The notes under the pieces: generated by a model
The model's database searches: none
What the model was told of the DNA's origin: nothing
The model's input: the letters and a program-made list of their open reading frames with translations, nothing else
Translations under genes and position numbers: made by a program
IMG/VR virus record: IMGVR_UViG_3300028888_000001
Origin: a virus
Taxonomy: Duplodnaviria > Caudoviricetes
Reading direction: 5' to 3' (one strand)
Length of the DNA: 64,000 bases
Shown: piece by piece, positions 41,222-50,643 of the stretch
How the letters are laid out: each line of letters opens with the position of its first letter
Position numbering within the stretch: the stretch's first letter is position 1

Positions 41222-41959
41222 ATGAAACTTAACAAAGCGTACTCAATATTTGAGTCAAATAATTCGCTTATGTTTAACAATATAGTGTCGAAGCCATACG
41301 CTGATCTCATGATAAAATATGAACCAGAAACAGTGTATCGTATTAGAAAGCATGATAGTGCTGTAAGCGTTCTTGAGAAGCGTTACACAACAGATTGGAC
41401 GTATGAATTTGTAGCAACTAAAGAAATACAGAGAGAAGATCTTCATAACGATGAGAACTATATTTTTGTCGATAATGAAATCGTCTATTCTGGTGTTGTA
41501 GCAACAAATATACCATCGAAAAACGCAATGGACAAAATATCAGCATTTGTTTCAGATCCGGAGTTTGATTTCGCTGATCTGATTACATGTAAATCTGCTG
41601 AGGAATATGCTGAAGTCTCTAGATGGCTTGAGTATGATTATTCTTTCCATATTACTGAGGCTGTAGTCGTAAGGGAAGAAAATAAAATCTTAAAAGATTT
41701 ACGCTTACAGCAGATCAATATTCCATATATAAGTCATACTGAAATCGGCGATATGGTATTTGTTGAGTTCAAGCTTAATGATGATACAATCATCACAGGC
41801 GAACGTCTTAGGCAATTCAGGAAAATCGCCAATAAAGCAATATCAGCGTTGTTTAACAAAGTATTCAATACTAGAGCTGTTAGCTTTAGAATATTCTCAA
41901 CAAATGAACCGTATAAAACACCGGCTGTAGTACAAGACAACAAGAAATATATGCACTAA
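41222..41959 (+). CDS. Hypothetical protein
   Basis: RBS gagggg; terminators on both sides. Confidence 0.7.
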   Translation: MKLNKAYSIFESNNSLMFNNIVSKPYADLMIKYEPETVYRIRKHDSAVSVLEKRYTTDWTYEFVATKEIQREDLHNDENYIFVDNEIVYSGVVATNIPSKNAMDKISAFVSDPEFDFADLITCKSAEEYAEVSRWLEYDYSFHITEAVVVREENKILKDLRLQQINIPYISHTEIGDMVFVEFKLNDDTIITGERLRQFRKIANKAISALFNKVFNTRAVSFRIFSTNEPYKTPAVVQDNKKYMH

Positions 41960-42011
41960 TAAAATCTCAATATTGGCCAGGAGGGGCAAAACCCTCCTGG
42001 CTTTTATTTTT

Positions 42012-42857
42012 TTATCCACAGATATAGTCCATAATGAGATTATCAACATAATCTTCTAATTGTAATTTGAATCTATCACCAAAAGCGTTGGTAAGAACAA
42101 CGTATTTACCATTTTCTGAGAGAGTGATCTTATCTGCAATTTTATTAAATGTTTCTAATACAGCACTAATGTTGGCAGACTCTCTCTGTAATTTATTAAG
42201 AACCATCTGCGCATCAGAACCGGTAAGATTAATAATTCTTCCAGTTTCGTTGTATTTAGTAAAATCCTCATGCTTAACCGTATTAGGATCAATATCACAA
42301 GACAGAGCAGATTCAGAAATAATTTTAGTCGTATATGCGGGGGAGTGGGAGGGGAAGATTACCTGGTCGTATGTAATAATTCGTACTCCTCGGACGTATG
42401 CTTTCCCATTTACGTTCTCGATAGCTCCAAGAGCACGTAGAGAGAATGCTGGTTTTGCACCATCTCTAAGTTCCTGATCAACAAAATTTCCATATTCGTT
42501 TAAGGTTCCTTTATATTGACCCTTGACTAAATTGCCTTCTACCCAAATTTTTAAGAAAGACACACAGGCTAATTTCTTATCAATAGTCTGCTGTCTTACT
42601 AAATCATCCGATAGTGGATGAGACATCTCTCCGTACATCTGTCCGGCTTTAATGAGTTCTTTAAGCCTAGCCCCATTAATTTCTGGCTCTATATCTTTCT
42701 TAGCATAGATACGATGATTTCTATTTTCAACTTCAAGATCTTGAAGTGTGGCTTCAGCTATTACTCTTTTAGAAGTAGATCCACTGATAATCATCGTATC
42801 TTCCGCAGAGTGGTCGATTCCTTCAAGAATAATACTACCAATAACGTTATCATTCAT
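42012..42857 (-). CDS. Prohead core protease (T4 gp21-like)
   Basis: NRNHRIY, GEMSHP, FSLRALG, ITYDQVIFPS motifs; late-type promoter 42912-42924. Confidence 0.88.
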   Translation of the reverse strand: MNDNVIGSIILEGIDHSAEDTMIISGSTSKRVIAEATLQDLEVENRNHRIYAKKDIEPEINGARLKELIKAGQMYGEMSHPLSDDLVRQQTIDKKLACVSFLKIWVEGNLVKGQYKGTLNEYGNFVDQELRDGAKPAFSLRALGAIENVNGKAYVRGVRIITYDQVIFPSHSPAYTTKIISESALSCDIDPNTVKHEDFTKYNETGRIINLTGSDAQMVLNKLQRESANISAVLETFNKIADKITLSENGKYVVLTNAFGDRFKLQLEDYVDNLIMDYICG

Positions 42858-43043
42858 AAGGATTAAAATCTCCTTTCGCTTTAATTTTAATGAAATTTTG
42901 TTTTAAAAATATTATGTTAATGTTCTGGGTTATTGAATAGATAATCAAGCTTAGGATGCAAATTATTTTTTAATTATATATTATAATTATGAAAGCATAC
43001 AGTAAAGCTTTCAAAAATATTTTATTTAAAGGAGAATAGAAAT

Positions 43044-43547
43044 ATGATAAACATTGAGACCGAGGAGAAATCCAAAAAATTTGATCTGCATGATATATTC
43101 GATGATCCGAATGCAGCTATTGTGAAGATTAAAGTGAGGCATAAAAACAAAGAATATGAGTTTTTCGTTAATCTTGTAACTCGCGTTTCATGGCCAGATT
43201 ATCCTGAGCTTATTGAAGATCTTGCAGACCCGGATGACAATGTAACATATAAATTCATTGAGCGTGTCGACGAGATTATCGATCTTCAATGTATCTGTGA
43301 TGTTTTTGATTTCACCAATGAACGATTGAACTTGATCAAGAATATTATGAGCGTGGAAAATTGTGCAATAGAACTCGATGATGTCAATTATGTAAAGTTT
43401 AATAAAACACTGTTCATCATCCAGGACAAAGACATCGATGAAGATAACCTGGGAGACATGGTAGATATCAATTTCGTTGCTACAGCAATTATGCTGTCAC
43501 CGAGACCTATAACGCTTAAACTTTACAGCAGAGAAACGGTATACTAA
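43044..43547 (+). CDS. Hypothetical early protein
   Basis: Promoter 42975-42985, RBS aaggag, terminator ~43579-43600. Confidence 0.7.
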   Translation: MINIETEEKSKKFDLHDIFDDPNAAIVKIKVRHKNKEYEFFVNLVTRVSWPDYPELIEDLADPDDNVTYKFIERVDEIIDLQCICDVFDFTNERLNLIKNIMSVENCAIELDDVNYVKFNKTLFIIQDKDIDEDNLGDMVDINFVATAIMLSPRPITLKLYSRETVY

Positions 43548-43698
43548 ATATATCATTTTAGTTATTGCGGTTAGAGATTGGGGGCTAGAAATAGCCCCCG
43601 TTGTTATTTCTATTATTATTTTTTGCTCATAAAATAATATAATTAAGCGAACTTTATAATAATGCAATAAAAATCTTAATGGGAGGTTATAAAAAGCG

Positions 43699-46116
43699 AT
43701 GTCTATTACACTTGAGAAAATAAATCGTAGATTGTTTCAGCTCAACTTAAGTAGCGGTTCTAATCAAGTGAAGAATCTAAGCGGTATTCGACTCTTAGAT
43801 GAGTCGAATAATATTTTTTTCGAAAATAATGCTTTAAATTTAATTAAAAATTGGGAAGGTTTAGATATTGACATCGATAGAGCTTTCGAAACCTCCCTTG
43901 AGACTTACGATCTTTTATTAAAATATGGTTCAAAAAATGCTATAAACAAAGCGACTGATATTCTCATTGAGGGCACAAATAAACTAAGAAATGCTTCTGA
44001 GCTAAAACGCTCGCTCAAAGTGAGACTTGGAAGACTTAAGAAAGGCACGAAGATAAGCAAAAATATCGACATTGATAGCAGCACGAACAATATCCAAAAA
44101 GCAATGGATAACATAAAAAATGCTTTGGGTTCTGCTACTGCAAATATTGTCAAAAACGATGAGCCAGATTATTTAGAAGAGAATTATAATAGAATTATAG
44201 ATAAAGTCTCTGAGGTCGCTGAGATCGATCGTATAGTCAAGCAATATTCTAATATTCATAAGCGTTTTAATATAGACAGATTATTTTCAGAGTGCGGAGC
44301 TGATAGAGAATCCATATATAATACTATATATGAGACTGCAAAATATATTGATACTTTCAATTCACCGTTTAAGAATAAATATAACGCTACATTAGAAAGT
44401 GCTTGGTATGCTTTGCAGAAATACCATATAGTGTGTGAAAATAGTACTATTATAAATACAGTAACAGATTATTATTTATTTAATGATTTTATCCCAGACA
44501 TGATTAGTTTTGCTGAAGAAACAGCAGTCTTAGCAAATATTTCCCCAATATTTAATAAGAAAGATTTTTCTTGTCTAGATTATATAAGTGAATCAAATAT
44601 AAAACAATTCAATGTTAATAAAGAATTAGACTATAGAAAAGTCGTAGAGAATTATATGCTTGACGGGAAGCTTAAAGAGATTGTTAGCTATGAAGATCAA
44701 GAGCAACAATCTATAGAAAAATCTGATAGAGATGATAATATTATAGACTTTATTAAAGACTTTAGAAAACGCTGTGCTGAAGAAGAAAATCCTAGCAATT
44801 TTATTACATTTAAAGCTTTAATAGATCAGATATTAAATCATCAAAAATCTCAGATTATATTTAACGTATCGTCTATATTTAATCTTCTTAGCGTTGTTTT
44901 TCTTAATAATGAAGATCATGATATTAAAGCTATAATTAAAATTGTAGATGATATCACTGATACTGTTTTAGAGCTCCCGTTAAAAGAAACCCAAGCTAAT
45001 GAGATTTTAAACACATACAAATCTCAAGTCGATACATTATCTAAGAAAGAAAATATTAATGCTAGAGAGCAAATTTATCTTGATACAGTTGAGGTTAATG
45101 CTGGCAAAATAGAAAATTTCATTAAGGACAATTTTACAGAAGAGCAAGAAGAAGATGAAAATGCTTCAGATGATGAGTTAACAGAAGCAGCGGAAATTGT
45201 TCTTATAGCTAATTTATTAGATAGCCTAACTGAAGGTGGCACTATTGATCCAGATATTCCAGTTATAATAAATGGCAATGTAGCAAAGTTTACAAATGAC
45301 ACATTAGATGCTCTAACAGATTTTTCTGTTACTGTACCTAAGATATTAGATAAAGATTCTTTAAAAGAGTGCTTTATAAATTATAGAAACGAATTAAGAA
45401 AAAATCAAGCTAAGAAATCTGTAGAAGATTATATGAAGATAGATTGCTTGACTAACAATATAGCTAGGCTTAATGAAGACGCTACAATATACAGCACACA
45501 TAATAACACTAGAGCTTGTATAGGCTATCTAATGTGTATGAACGAAATAAAGAATTTTCATACAGATATAAATAATGAGATTTATTTTACAGAAGCAATG
45601 AGCTTTTCTAATAAACTTAAGCTTGCTGTAAATAATCTTAAACGAGCAGCGATAAATCTTTCATCTAAAGAGAAAAGCGCTAGTAATGCTATAGACGCTG
45701 CTATAAATTCTATAGCTCGTAATATGGATAAAGAGATGTCTGCTGAAGACAGAGAACGTGTTGTTCGTGGTTCTATTTTACCATCTGCAACAAAGTGTAT
45801 TAAGTTAGCATTGATGTTTGCTGCTGTTGGTAAATTCATAGATCCTGCTGTTGCTGTAATTGGTGCCTTAGGCATGTTCTTCTCTAGAAAGAAAGCGCAA
45901 AAGAGAGAACGTCAATTAGCTTTGGATGAAATTGAAATCGAGCTTAAAATGTGTGAACGCTATCTTCGTATGTATGAGGATCAACAAGACATGGATAAGA
46001 TAAGAAAAGTTGAAATTATCCAAAGGAATCTTCAAAGACAAAGACAGCGCATTAAATATAAAATGGCAGTAGACTTTAAGCAAGCTAGCACTGCTTCTAT
46101 TGAAGATCCATATTAA
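43699..46116 (+). CDS. Large virion (internal head) protein, probable
   Basis: Late-type promoter 43650-43662; several xxE-(S/A/G) sites; upstream of the capsid gene. Confidence 0.6.
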   Translation: MSITLEKINRRLFQLNLSSGSNQVKNLSGIRLLDESNNIFFENNALNLIKNWEGLDIDIDRAFETSLETYDLLLKYGSKNAINKATDILIEGTNKLRNASELKRSLKVRLGRLKKGTKISKNIDIDSSTNNIQKAMDNIKNALGSATANIVKNDEPDYLEENYNRIIDKVSEVAEIDRIVKQYSNIHKRFNIDRLFSECGADRESIYNTIYETAKYIDTFNSPFKNKYNATLESAWYALQKYHIVCENSTIINTVTDYYLFNDFIPDMISFAEETAVLANISPIFNKKDFSCLDYISESNIKQFNVNKELDYRKVVENYMLDGKLKEIVSYEDQEQQSIEKSDRDDNIIDFIKDFRKRCAEEENPSNFITFKALIDQILNHQKSQIIFNVSSIFNLLSVVFLNNEDHDIKAIIKIVDDITDTVLELPLKETQANEILNTYKSQVDTLSKKENINAREQIYLDTVEVNAGKIENFIKDNFTEEQEEDENASDDELTEAAEIVLIANLLDSLTEGGTIDPDIPVIINGNVAKFTNDTLDALTDFSVTVPKILDKDSLKECFINYRNELRKNQAKKSVEDYMKIDCLTNNIARLNEDATIYSTHNNTRACIGYLMCMNEIKNFHTDINNEIYFTEAMSFSNKLKLAVNNLKRAAINLSSKEKSASNAIDAAINSIARNMDKEMSAEDRERVVRGSILPSATKCIKLALMFAAVGKFIDPAVAVIGALGMFFSRKKAQKRERQLALDEIEIELKMCERYLRMYEDQQDMDKIRKVEIIQRNLQRQRQRIKYKMAVDFKQASTASIEDPY

Positions 46117-46144
46117 AATGGTATTCTGAAAGGAGAGCGAGACT

Positions 46145-47323
46145 ATGAGATTTGATGATCCTATAGATGGTAAGACTAAAATCTTTAATGAATTAAGGAT
46201 TAACACTGTAGAAGAAAACGATGACGATGATCTCGAAGATTATACAGACGATGAATTTGATGATGATATAGACGTAGATGCTGATGATATGGATCTTGAC
46301 GACGCTGATCTAGAAGACTATACAGATGATGAATTTGTATATGACGATGATACAGACACAGATACTGCTGATGTGGCTGACGATACAACTGAAGCAGATG
46401 CTGATGCACCAGCTGCAGAAGATGATACAGCAACTGCTGATACTGGAGATGCCGTAACTGACGATGCTGGTGGTGAAGATGTTGCAGCTCCAGATGATAC
46501 TACAGATGATGTCACTGTAGATGATGATACTGAAGACTATACAGACGCAAATCCTGAAGAAGATACTGGCGCTACAGATGCTGGTGGTGACGCAGCAACA
46601 GAAGAACCTACAGGCGATGCAGGCGGAGACGCTGGAACTGATCCAGCCCCAGCTGACGCTGGTGGCGATGCTGATACTAATATAAATATTGGAGCAGATG
46701 CTGGAGCTGGTGGTGAAGATGCTCCAGCTGATGATGCAGGAGCTGATACTGGTGGTGAAGATGCAGGTGCCGATGCTGGAGGAGACGATGCAGATATAGA
46801 TGCCGGAGGCGATGACGCTGCTGTAGATGACTTTACAGATGAAACCGAAGGTGACGGCGAAGAAGGCGCAGATGGAGAAGACGGTGGTGATGGCGGTTCT
46901 TCTGATTCTGGTGGCGGTGGAGATGACTCTCCTGAAGTAGGTTCCATGGATGGAGATTCCAATCCAAACTCTCTTAAATCCATGGAAAAAGATCTATTTG
47001 CAGATCTAAACCCTCAACAGCTAGCAATAAAAGATGGTGAGCTCTTACAAAATTATATAGATCTATACGATACTATAAATACTATATTAGATAACGTGAA
47101 TAAAATACCTAAGACATATTATAATACAAGAGCTATAGACTTTATAGCCGACAAAATGATAGAACTTAAAGATATGGTGAATTATACCATAACAGTGACG
47201 TATTCAACTAGAACGTATATAGAGAATCTTACTATATATAAGCAATGTCTTTTAGTTCTTCAACAAATCAATACAATGCTTAAAGGGTTAGTCCAAAAGC
47301 CATCGGAAGAAAAGAAAGAATAA
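46145..47323 (+). CDS. Highly acidic D/A/G low-complexity protein (scaffold or head-protein candidate)
   Basis: ~250-aa D/G/A tract with repeated EDYTD, helical C-terminus; directly before the MCP gene. Confidence 0.6.
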   Translation: MRFDDPIDGKTKIFNELRINTVEENDDDDLEDYTDDEFDDDIDVDADDMDLDDADLEDYTDDEFVYDDDTDTDTADVADDTTEADADAPAAEDDTATADTGDAVTDDAGGEDVAAPDDTTDDVTVDDDTEDYTDANPEEDTGATDAGGDAATEEPTGDAGGDAGTDPAPADAGGDADTNINIGADAGAGGEDAPADDAGADTGGEDAGADAGGDDADIDAGGDDAAVDDFTDETEGDGEEGADGEDGGDGGSSDSGGGGDDSPEVGSMDGDSNPNSLKSMEKDLFADLNPQQLAIKDGELLQNYIDLYDTINTILDNVNKIPKTYYNTRAIDFIADKMIELKDMVNYTITVTYSTRTYIENLTIYKQCLLVLQQINTMLKGLVQKPSEEKKE

Positions 47324-47331
47324 TAAAAACC

Positions 47332-47344
47332 AACAATATAATAA
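47332..47344 (+). promoter_or_regulatory. Late-type phage promoter RAC(A/T)-N6-TAA (representative of ~15 copies)
   Basis: Also at 5555, 29072, 43650, 50382, 51923, 61702 (+) and 2107, 16540, 17329, 20817, 24358, 38712, 42912 (-), upstream of mainly structural genes. Confidence 0.8.
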
Positions 47345-47449
47345 ATATTTAGGAAATACGATAGCCTAATTATTTATATAAGTAATTAATATATATCGTG
47401 CTAAATAAGAAAAACTTTCTTTAAAAGAAATTATAAGGAGGAATATACA

Positions 47450-49489
47450 ATGCCAAGTGTAGGTATTAGAAAGTCTCCCAGTATGGGAAACTTTAGCAAA
47501 GACCCCATGTATGCGTATGCTGCAAGCTTCTGCGATGTGCAGAAGAACATTTTACGTGAGTCTCAAGTAGACTATGCTATGGAACCGCAGCGCGCTCTGG
47601 CTTTCAAGGGTAATGTTGATGCTCTTAAGAGCTTCTTTATTGAAAATTCTGTTATCGGAGATTCCAAGACTATTACACAGGAAGAGTATCAGGATCAGCT
47701 TGACATGATGTCTGAGGCTTTCCAGAATGATATCCAGGCAGTTCGTGAGAACGCCGTTGCCGGTATTGCTTCTTGGAATCCTATGATCGGTCTGTCTCTG
47801 CCTATGCATAAATATCTTATGCTTAATACCGTATTTGCACAAGCCGTTCCGCGTTTTGTTGCTAAGGCTCCGGCATGGACAGAATCCATCGAGACCCGTT
47901 ATATGGTTTCTCCTACCGGCGAAAAGATTGATATTGCAAATCAACAAAATCAGATTTATCGTATTTGGAGATCTGCTAATCAGCCTGTTGAAGTTCCTGT
48001 TGCACTTCCTGAGCTGCAGTCCATCGATATTCTTGACAAATATTTCTCTGTTTCTCGTGTTTCTCATAATCTTTCTGTTGCTACTCACATTTCCGCTATT
48101 CTTGTAGAAGACTTTGCTAAGGCTGGCGATACTGTAGTAACCATGACTCAAGGAACAGATGGATATGAATTTACTGAAGCTGAAGCTACCGCTGATGGTA
48201 AAGCTCTAGTTTGGAAGCCTTGGAAGGCTGAATTCACTCCTGGATATGGCGATGCTAATCGTATTATCGTTTCTCCTGTAGATATTCTTGTTACCACTGA
48301 TGGTACCGAAGCTACTGAAACTGCAGTTCATGATACGATCTTTGCTTCTCAGCGTGAGAACATGTTTGAGATTAACTCTACCTCTGGTGCAGTTAAAGCT
48401 GTTAAGATCTGGGCTCGCTATGATGCATCCTCTAGAACACGCAAGACACCTCGTGTAGAGTGGGGTGAGAAGACTATCTTCGTACAGGTTCCTGAAAACG
48501 ATGGTATTACTGTACCTGTAACTCCTGAGGAAGTTAAGGATATTGGAGCTCTGTATGGCATTAACCAGGTTACCAAGTACATGAGCATGATCAAAGACGT
48601 TATGGAGAACGTTAAGGATGATGATATTCATGAGCAGCTTGACCTGAGCTTCGAGCGTCTTGATGACGAGCATAAGCTTGCTAAGACTATTGACTTTGCG
48701 CCTCGTGTAGGATATTACAGCGATCATCTTGAATGGCTGCAGAAGACCTTCATGAACTCATTAGATCAGTTCATCACCGGTCTACTTACAGTTCTGAGAG
48801 ATCCTAACATGGAAATCAGTCTTATTGCAAGGCCTGGCATTATCCGTCAGATCACTCCTATCGAGTACACCTATCAGACTTCTGATTCTGTTGGCCCGAT
48901 CCAGCTTGATTTCAAGAAGACTGTTGTTACTAGCGATCATCGTGTATACAACTTCATTAGCTCCGATAAGCTGTTTGGTAATGACAACATCATTATCCTG
49001 CTTAACCCGAAGAATACCAATCGTATAGTCTACAGACTGTATGATTATCAGATGTATCTTTCCAATGAGATTCGTGACGCTGAGAATCCGCAGCTTCCCG
49101 CTCTGACTGCATTCGAAAGATATAAATTCTTTGAACTGTTCCCGGTTCAGGGTAGAATGTTTGTTGCAAATCCGTCTGGGCTTAGAGAGCATCTTCCGAA
49201 CGTTGATCCTATCGGTCGTCCGGCTGATGGTAGCCTGTATGCAAATAATGATTTGAATAGTACTTTCAGTCATTGGTCGGATCTCACCGGACGTAATGCT
49301 ATTACCGAGAACGTTCTACCTGAGACTGACGCCACTGGTAATAGTGGTCAAGGCGGTACTACTGGCGGTGGCACGACTGGTGGCGGAACTACAGGTGGTG
49401 GTACAACTGGTGGAGGTACAACTGGCGGTGGAACCACTGGAGGCGGTACGACTGGTGGAGGTACAACTGGCGGTGGTACTACTCCGTAA
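47450..49489 (+). CDS. Major capsid protein with C-terminal (GGGTT)n tail
   Basis: Strong codon bias, late-type promoter 47332-47344, strong RBS, propeptide ending near VRE|NA, position in the head cluster. Confidence 0.75.
   Translation: MPSVGIRKSPSMGNFSKDPMYAYAASFCDVQKNILRESQVDYAMEPQRALAFKGNVDALKSFFIENSVIGDSKTITQEEYQDQLDMMSEAFQNDIQAVRENAVAGIASWNPMIGLSLPMHKYLMLNTVFAQAVPRFVAKAPAWTESIETRYMVSPTGEKIDIANQQNQIYRIWRSANQPVEVPVALPELQSIDILDKYFSVSRVSHNLSVATHISAILVEDFAKAGDTVVTMTQGTDGYEFTEAEATADGKALVWKPWKAEFTPGYGDANRIIVSPVDILVTTDGTEATETAVHDTIFASQRENMFEINSTSGAVKAVKIWARYDASSRTRKTPRVEWGEKTIFVQVPENDGITVPVTPEEVKDIGALYGINQVTKYMSMIKDVMENVKDDDIHEQLDLSFERLDDEHKLAKTIDFAPRVGYYSDHLEWLQKTFMNSLDQFITGLLTVLRDPNMEISLIARPGIIRQITPIEYTYQTSDSVGPIQLDFKKTVVTSDHRVYNFISSDKLFGNDNIIILLNPKNTNRIVYRLYDYQMYLSNEIRDAENPQLPALTAFERYKFFELFPVQGRMFVANPSGLREHLPNVDPIGRPADGSLYANNDLNSTFSHWSDLTGRNAITENVLPETDATGNSGQGGTTGGGTTGGGTTGGGTTGGGTTGGGTTGGGTTGGGTTGGGTTP
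49352..49483 (+). repeat. Codon-diversified 15-nt tandem repeat encoding ~9 GGGTT units
   Basis: ggN ggN ggN acN acN periodicity. Confidence 0.9.
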
Positions 49490-49521
49490 TAAACAATTAA
49501 ATATAATACTAGCAAGTATTA

Positions 49522-49557
49522 AACCCGTAGGGAGAAATCCCTACGGGTTTTCTTTTG
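49522..49557. terminator. MCP intrinsic terminator
   Basis: aacccgtaggga-gaaa-tccctacgggtt plus T-tract; similar hairpins at ~7967, 13426, 17785, 35762, 37848, 41172, 41976, 51796, 61211. Confidence 0.85.
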
Positions 49558-49650
49558 ATTAATTGTTTATGATTTTAACATTGATTTTAGCATTCGTTCT
49601 TTTTACTTGTATCCATTAAAACATATAATGATTTATTTTTTGAAGGTCGT

Positions 49651-49922
49651 TTACCTTTTAACCGATGCTCCATAATTTCATCTATTTCCATTTCTCGTTC
49701 ACCCAGATCATTCAAATACTCTTCAGGATAATTACGTTTTCTGCATACTTTATTATACATACTAGCTGCAGCTTCTGCATCATCAAATGTAAAATAATAA
49801 TCCCCATCTACTCTACAGAAATAGTTATCTGATTTATTTGGGAATACGCCAAAATATCCTGTAGAATTTAGATTTTCTTTTGTTTTTACAGACGTGGAAA
49901 ATTTGTTTATTTTGATTGTATA
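49651..49922 (-). pseudogene. Decayed AP2-domain gene (HNH-AP2 endonuclease-type remnant)
   Basis: NSTGYFGVFPNKSDNYFCRVDGDYYFTFDDAEAAASMYNK, then a frameshift into VCRKRNYPEEYLNDLG; no start codon. Confidence 0.6.
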
Positions 49923-49927
49923 TTATA

Positions 49928-50360
49928 GCAGTAGATAGAAGACAATAGTCTCTATTAGCCGGCCTTTTGGCGTGCTTGAAATAGTACGAACAAGCAAAAC
50001 TTGTTCTCAAAAAGGTCAGGTAAAATAAGATGGTAACGCTTTTGATAGCGTCTATTAGTTTATCATTAAGTAACACGAAAAGACTAATAGCGGAGCACAT
50101 ATATTTTATCTGGTCTGTCGGGAGTACGATAGGGGATACTCGTGCAAAACGACTAAAAGGCAAAAGAATAGATTATTCCCGTTTATACTAACCTATCAAT
50201 AGTATAAAAGGTTAAGCTTGTCAACTTGACCTCGCTCTGCATACTATAGGTGACAATCTATAGTATGAACAAAGCAATCGTAATTTATTTTTTTGTAAGA
50301 TATTACCGTTTAATTTCGATGGGAGCTTCGGCTCCCACACCTTCGGGCGGTTTTATTTTT
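49928..50360 (+). ncRNA. Large structured non-coding RNA, family unassigned
   Basis: Early-type promoter 49917-49927, at least 9 hairpins, two perfect 6-bp loop-loop pairs, terminal UUCG hairpins plus U-tract, no credible ORF. Confidence 0.75.
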
Positions 50361-50442
50361 TCTTCTTTTTCTCATTATTTGGACAATCAAATAATGAGAA
50401 AAACAAACTTTACTTTATATTTTTTAAGGAGATAAACAAGAC

Positions 50443-50640
50443 ATGTATAATTATTATAAGTCTCCTGCGGAGGTATATCACGAATCTAATATATTAAGTA
50501 AAGCTTTAACTCGTGGTACAACTAATAGTTTATATCCAATGACGGATATCAATTCAGTATTCACTCATTTTGATCCATCGGTTGGTAAAAATGTACCGAC
50601 GGCAAATGTTTTATCAAAAAATAATTTAAAGGAGAGTTGA
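50443..50640 (+). CDS. Small late protein
   Basis: RBS aaggag; GACA-N6-TAA 50382-50394. Confidence 0.6.
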   Translation: MYNYYKSPAEVYHESNILSKALTRGTTNSLYPMTDINSVFTHFDPSVGKNVPTANVLSKNNLKES

Positions 50641-50643
50641 ATT

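Noticed and set aside
49352-49483. Tandem repeat as a CRISPR array or DGR repeat
   Set aside because: 15-nt coding periodicity with no spacers; no cas or reverse transcriptase gene in the window
46200-49562. Ser/Pro-rich and other antisense ORFs over the acidic protein and MCP genes
   Set aside because: Shadow frames produced by GAY/GGN/GCN codon repeats
50140-50192. gcaaaacgac.. resembling a tmRNA resume codon and tag
   Set aside because: No tRNA-like ends (GGGG 5' end, T-arm, CCA), and the peptide AKRLKGKRIDYSRLY lacks an Ala-Ala C-terminus
49834-50435. Track ORFs 49834..50163 (-) and 50250..50435 (+)
   Set aside because: No RBS, non-ATG starts, atypical composition; they overlie the structured RNA
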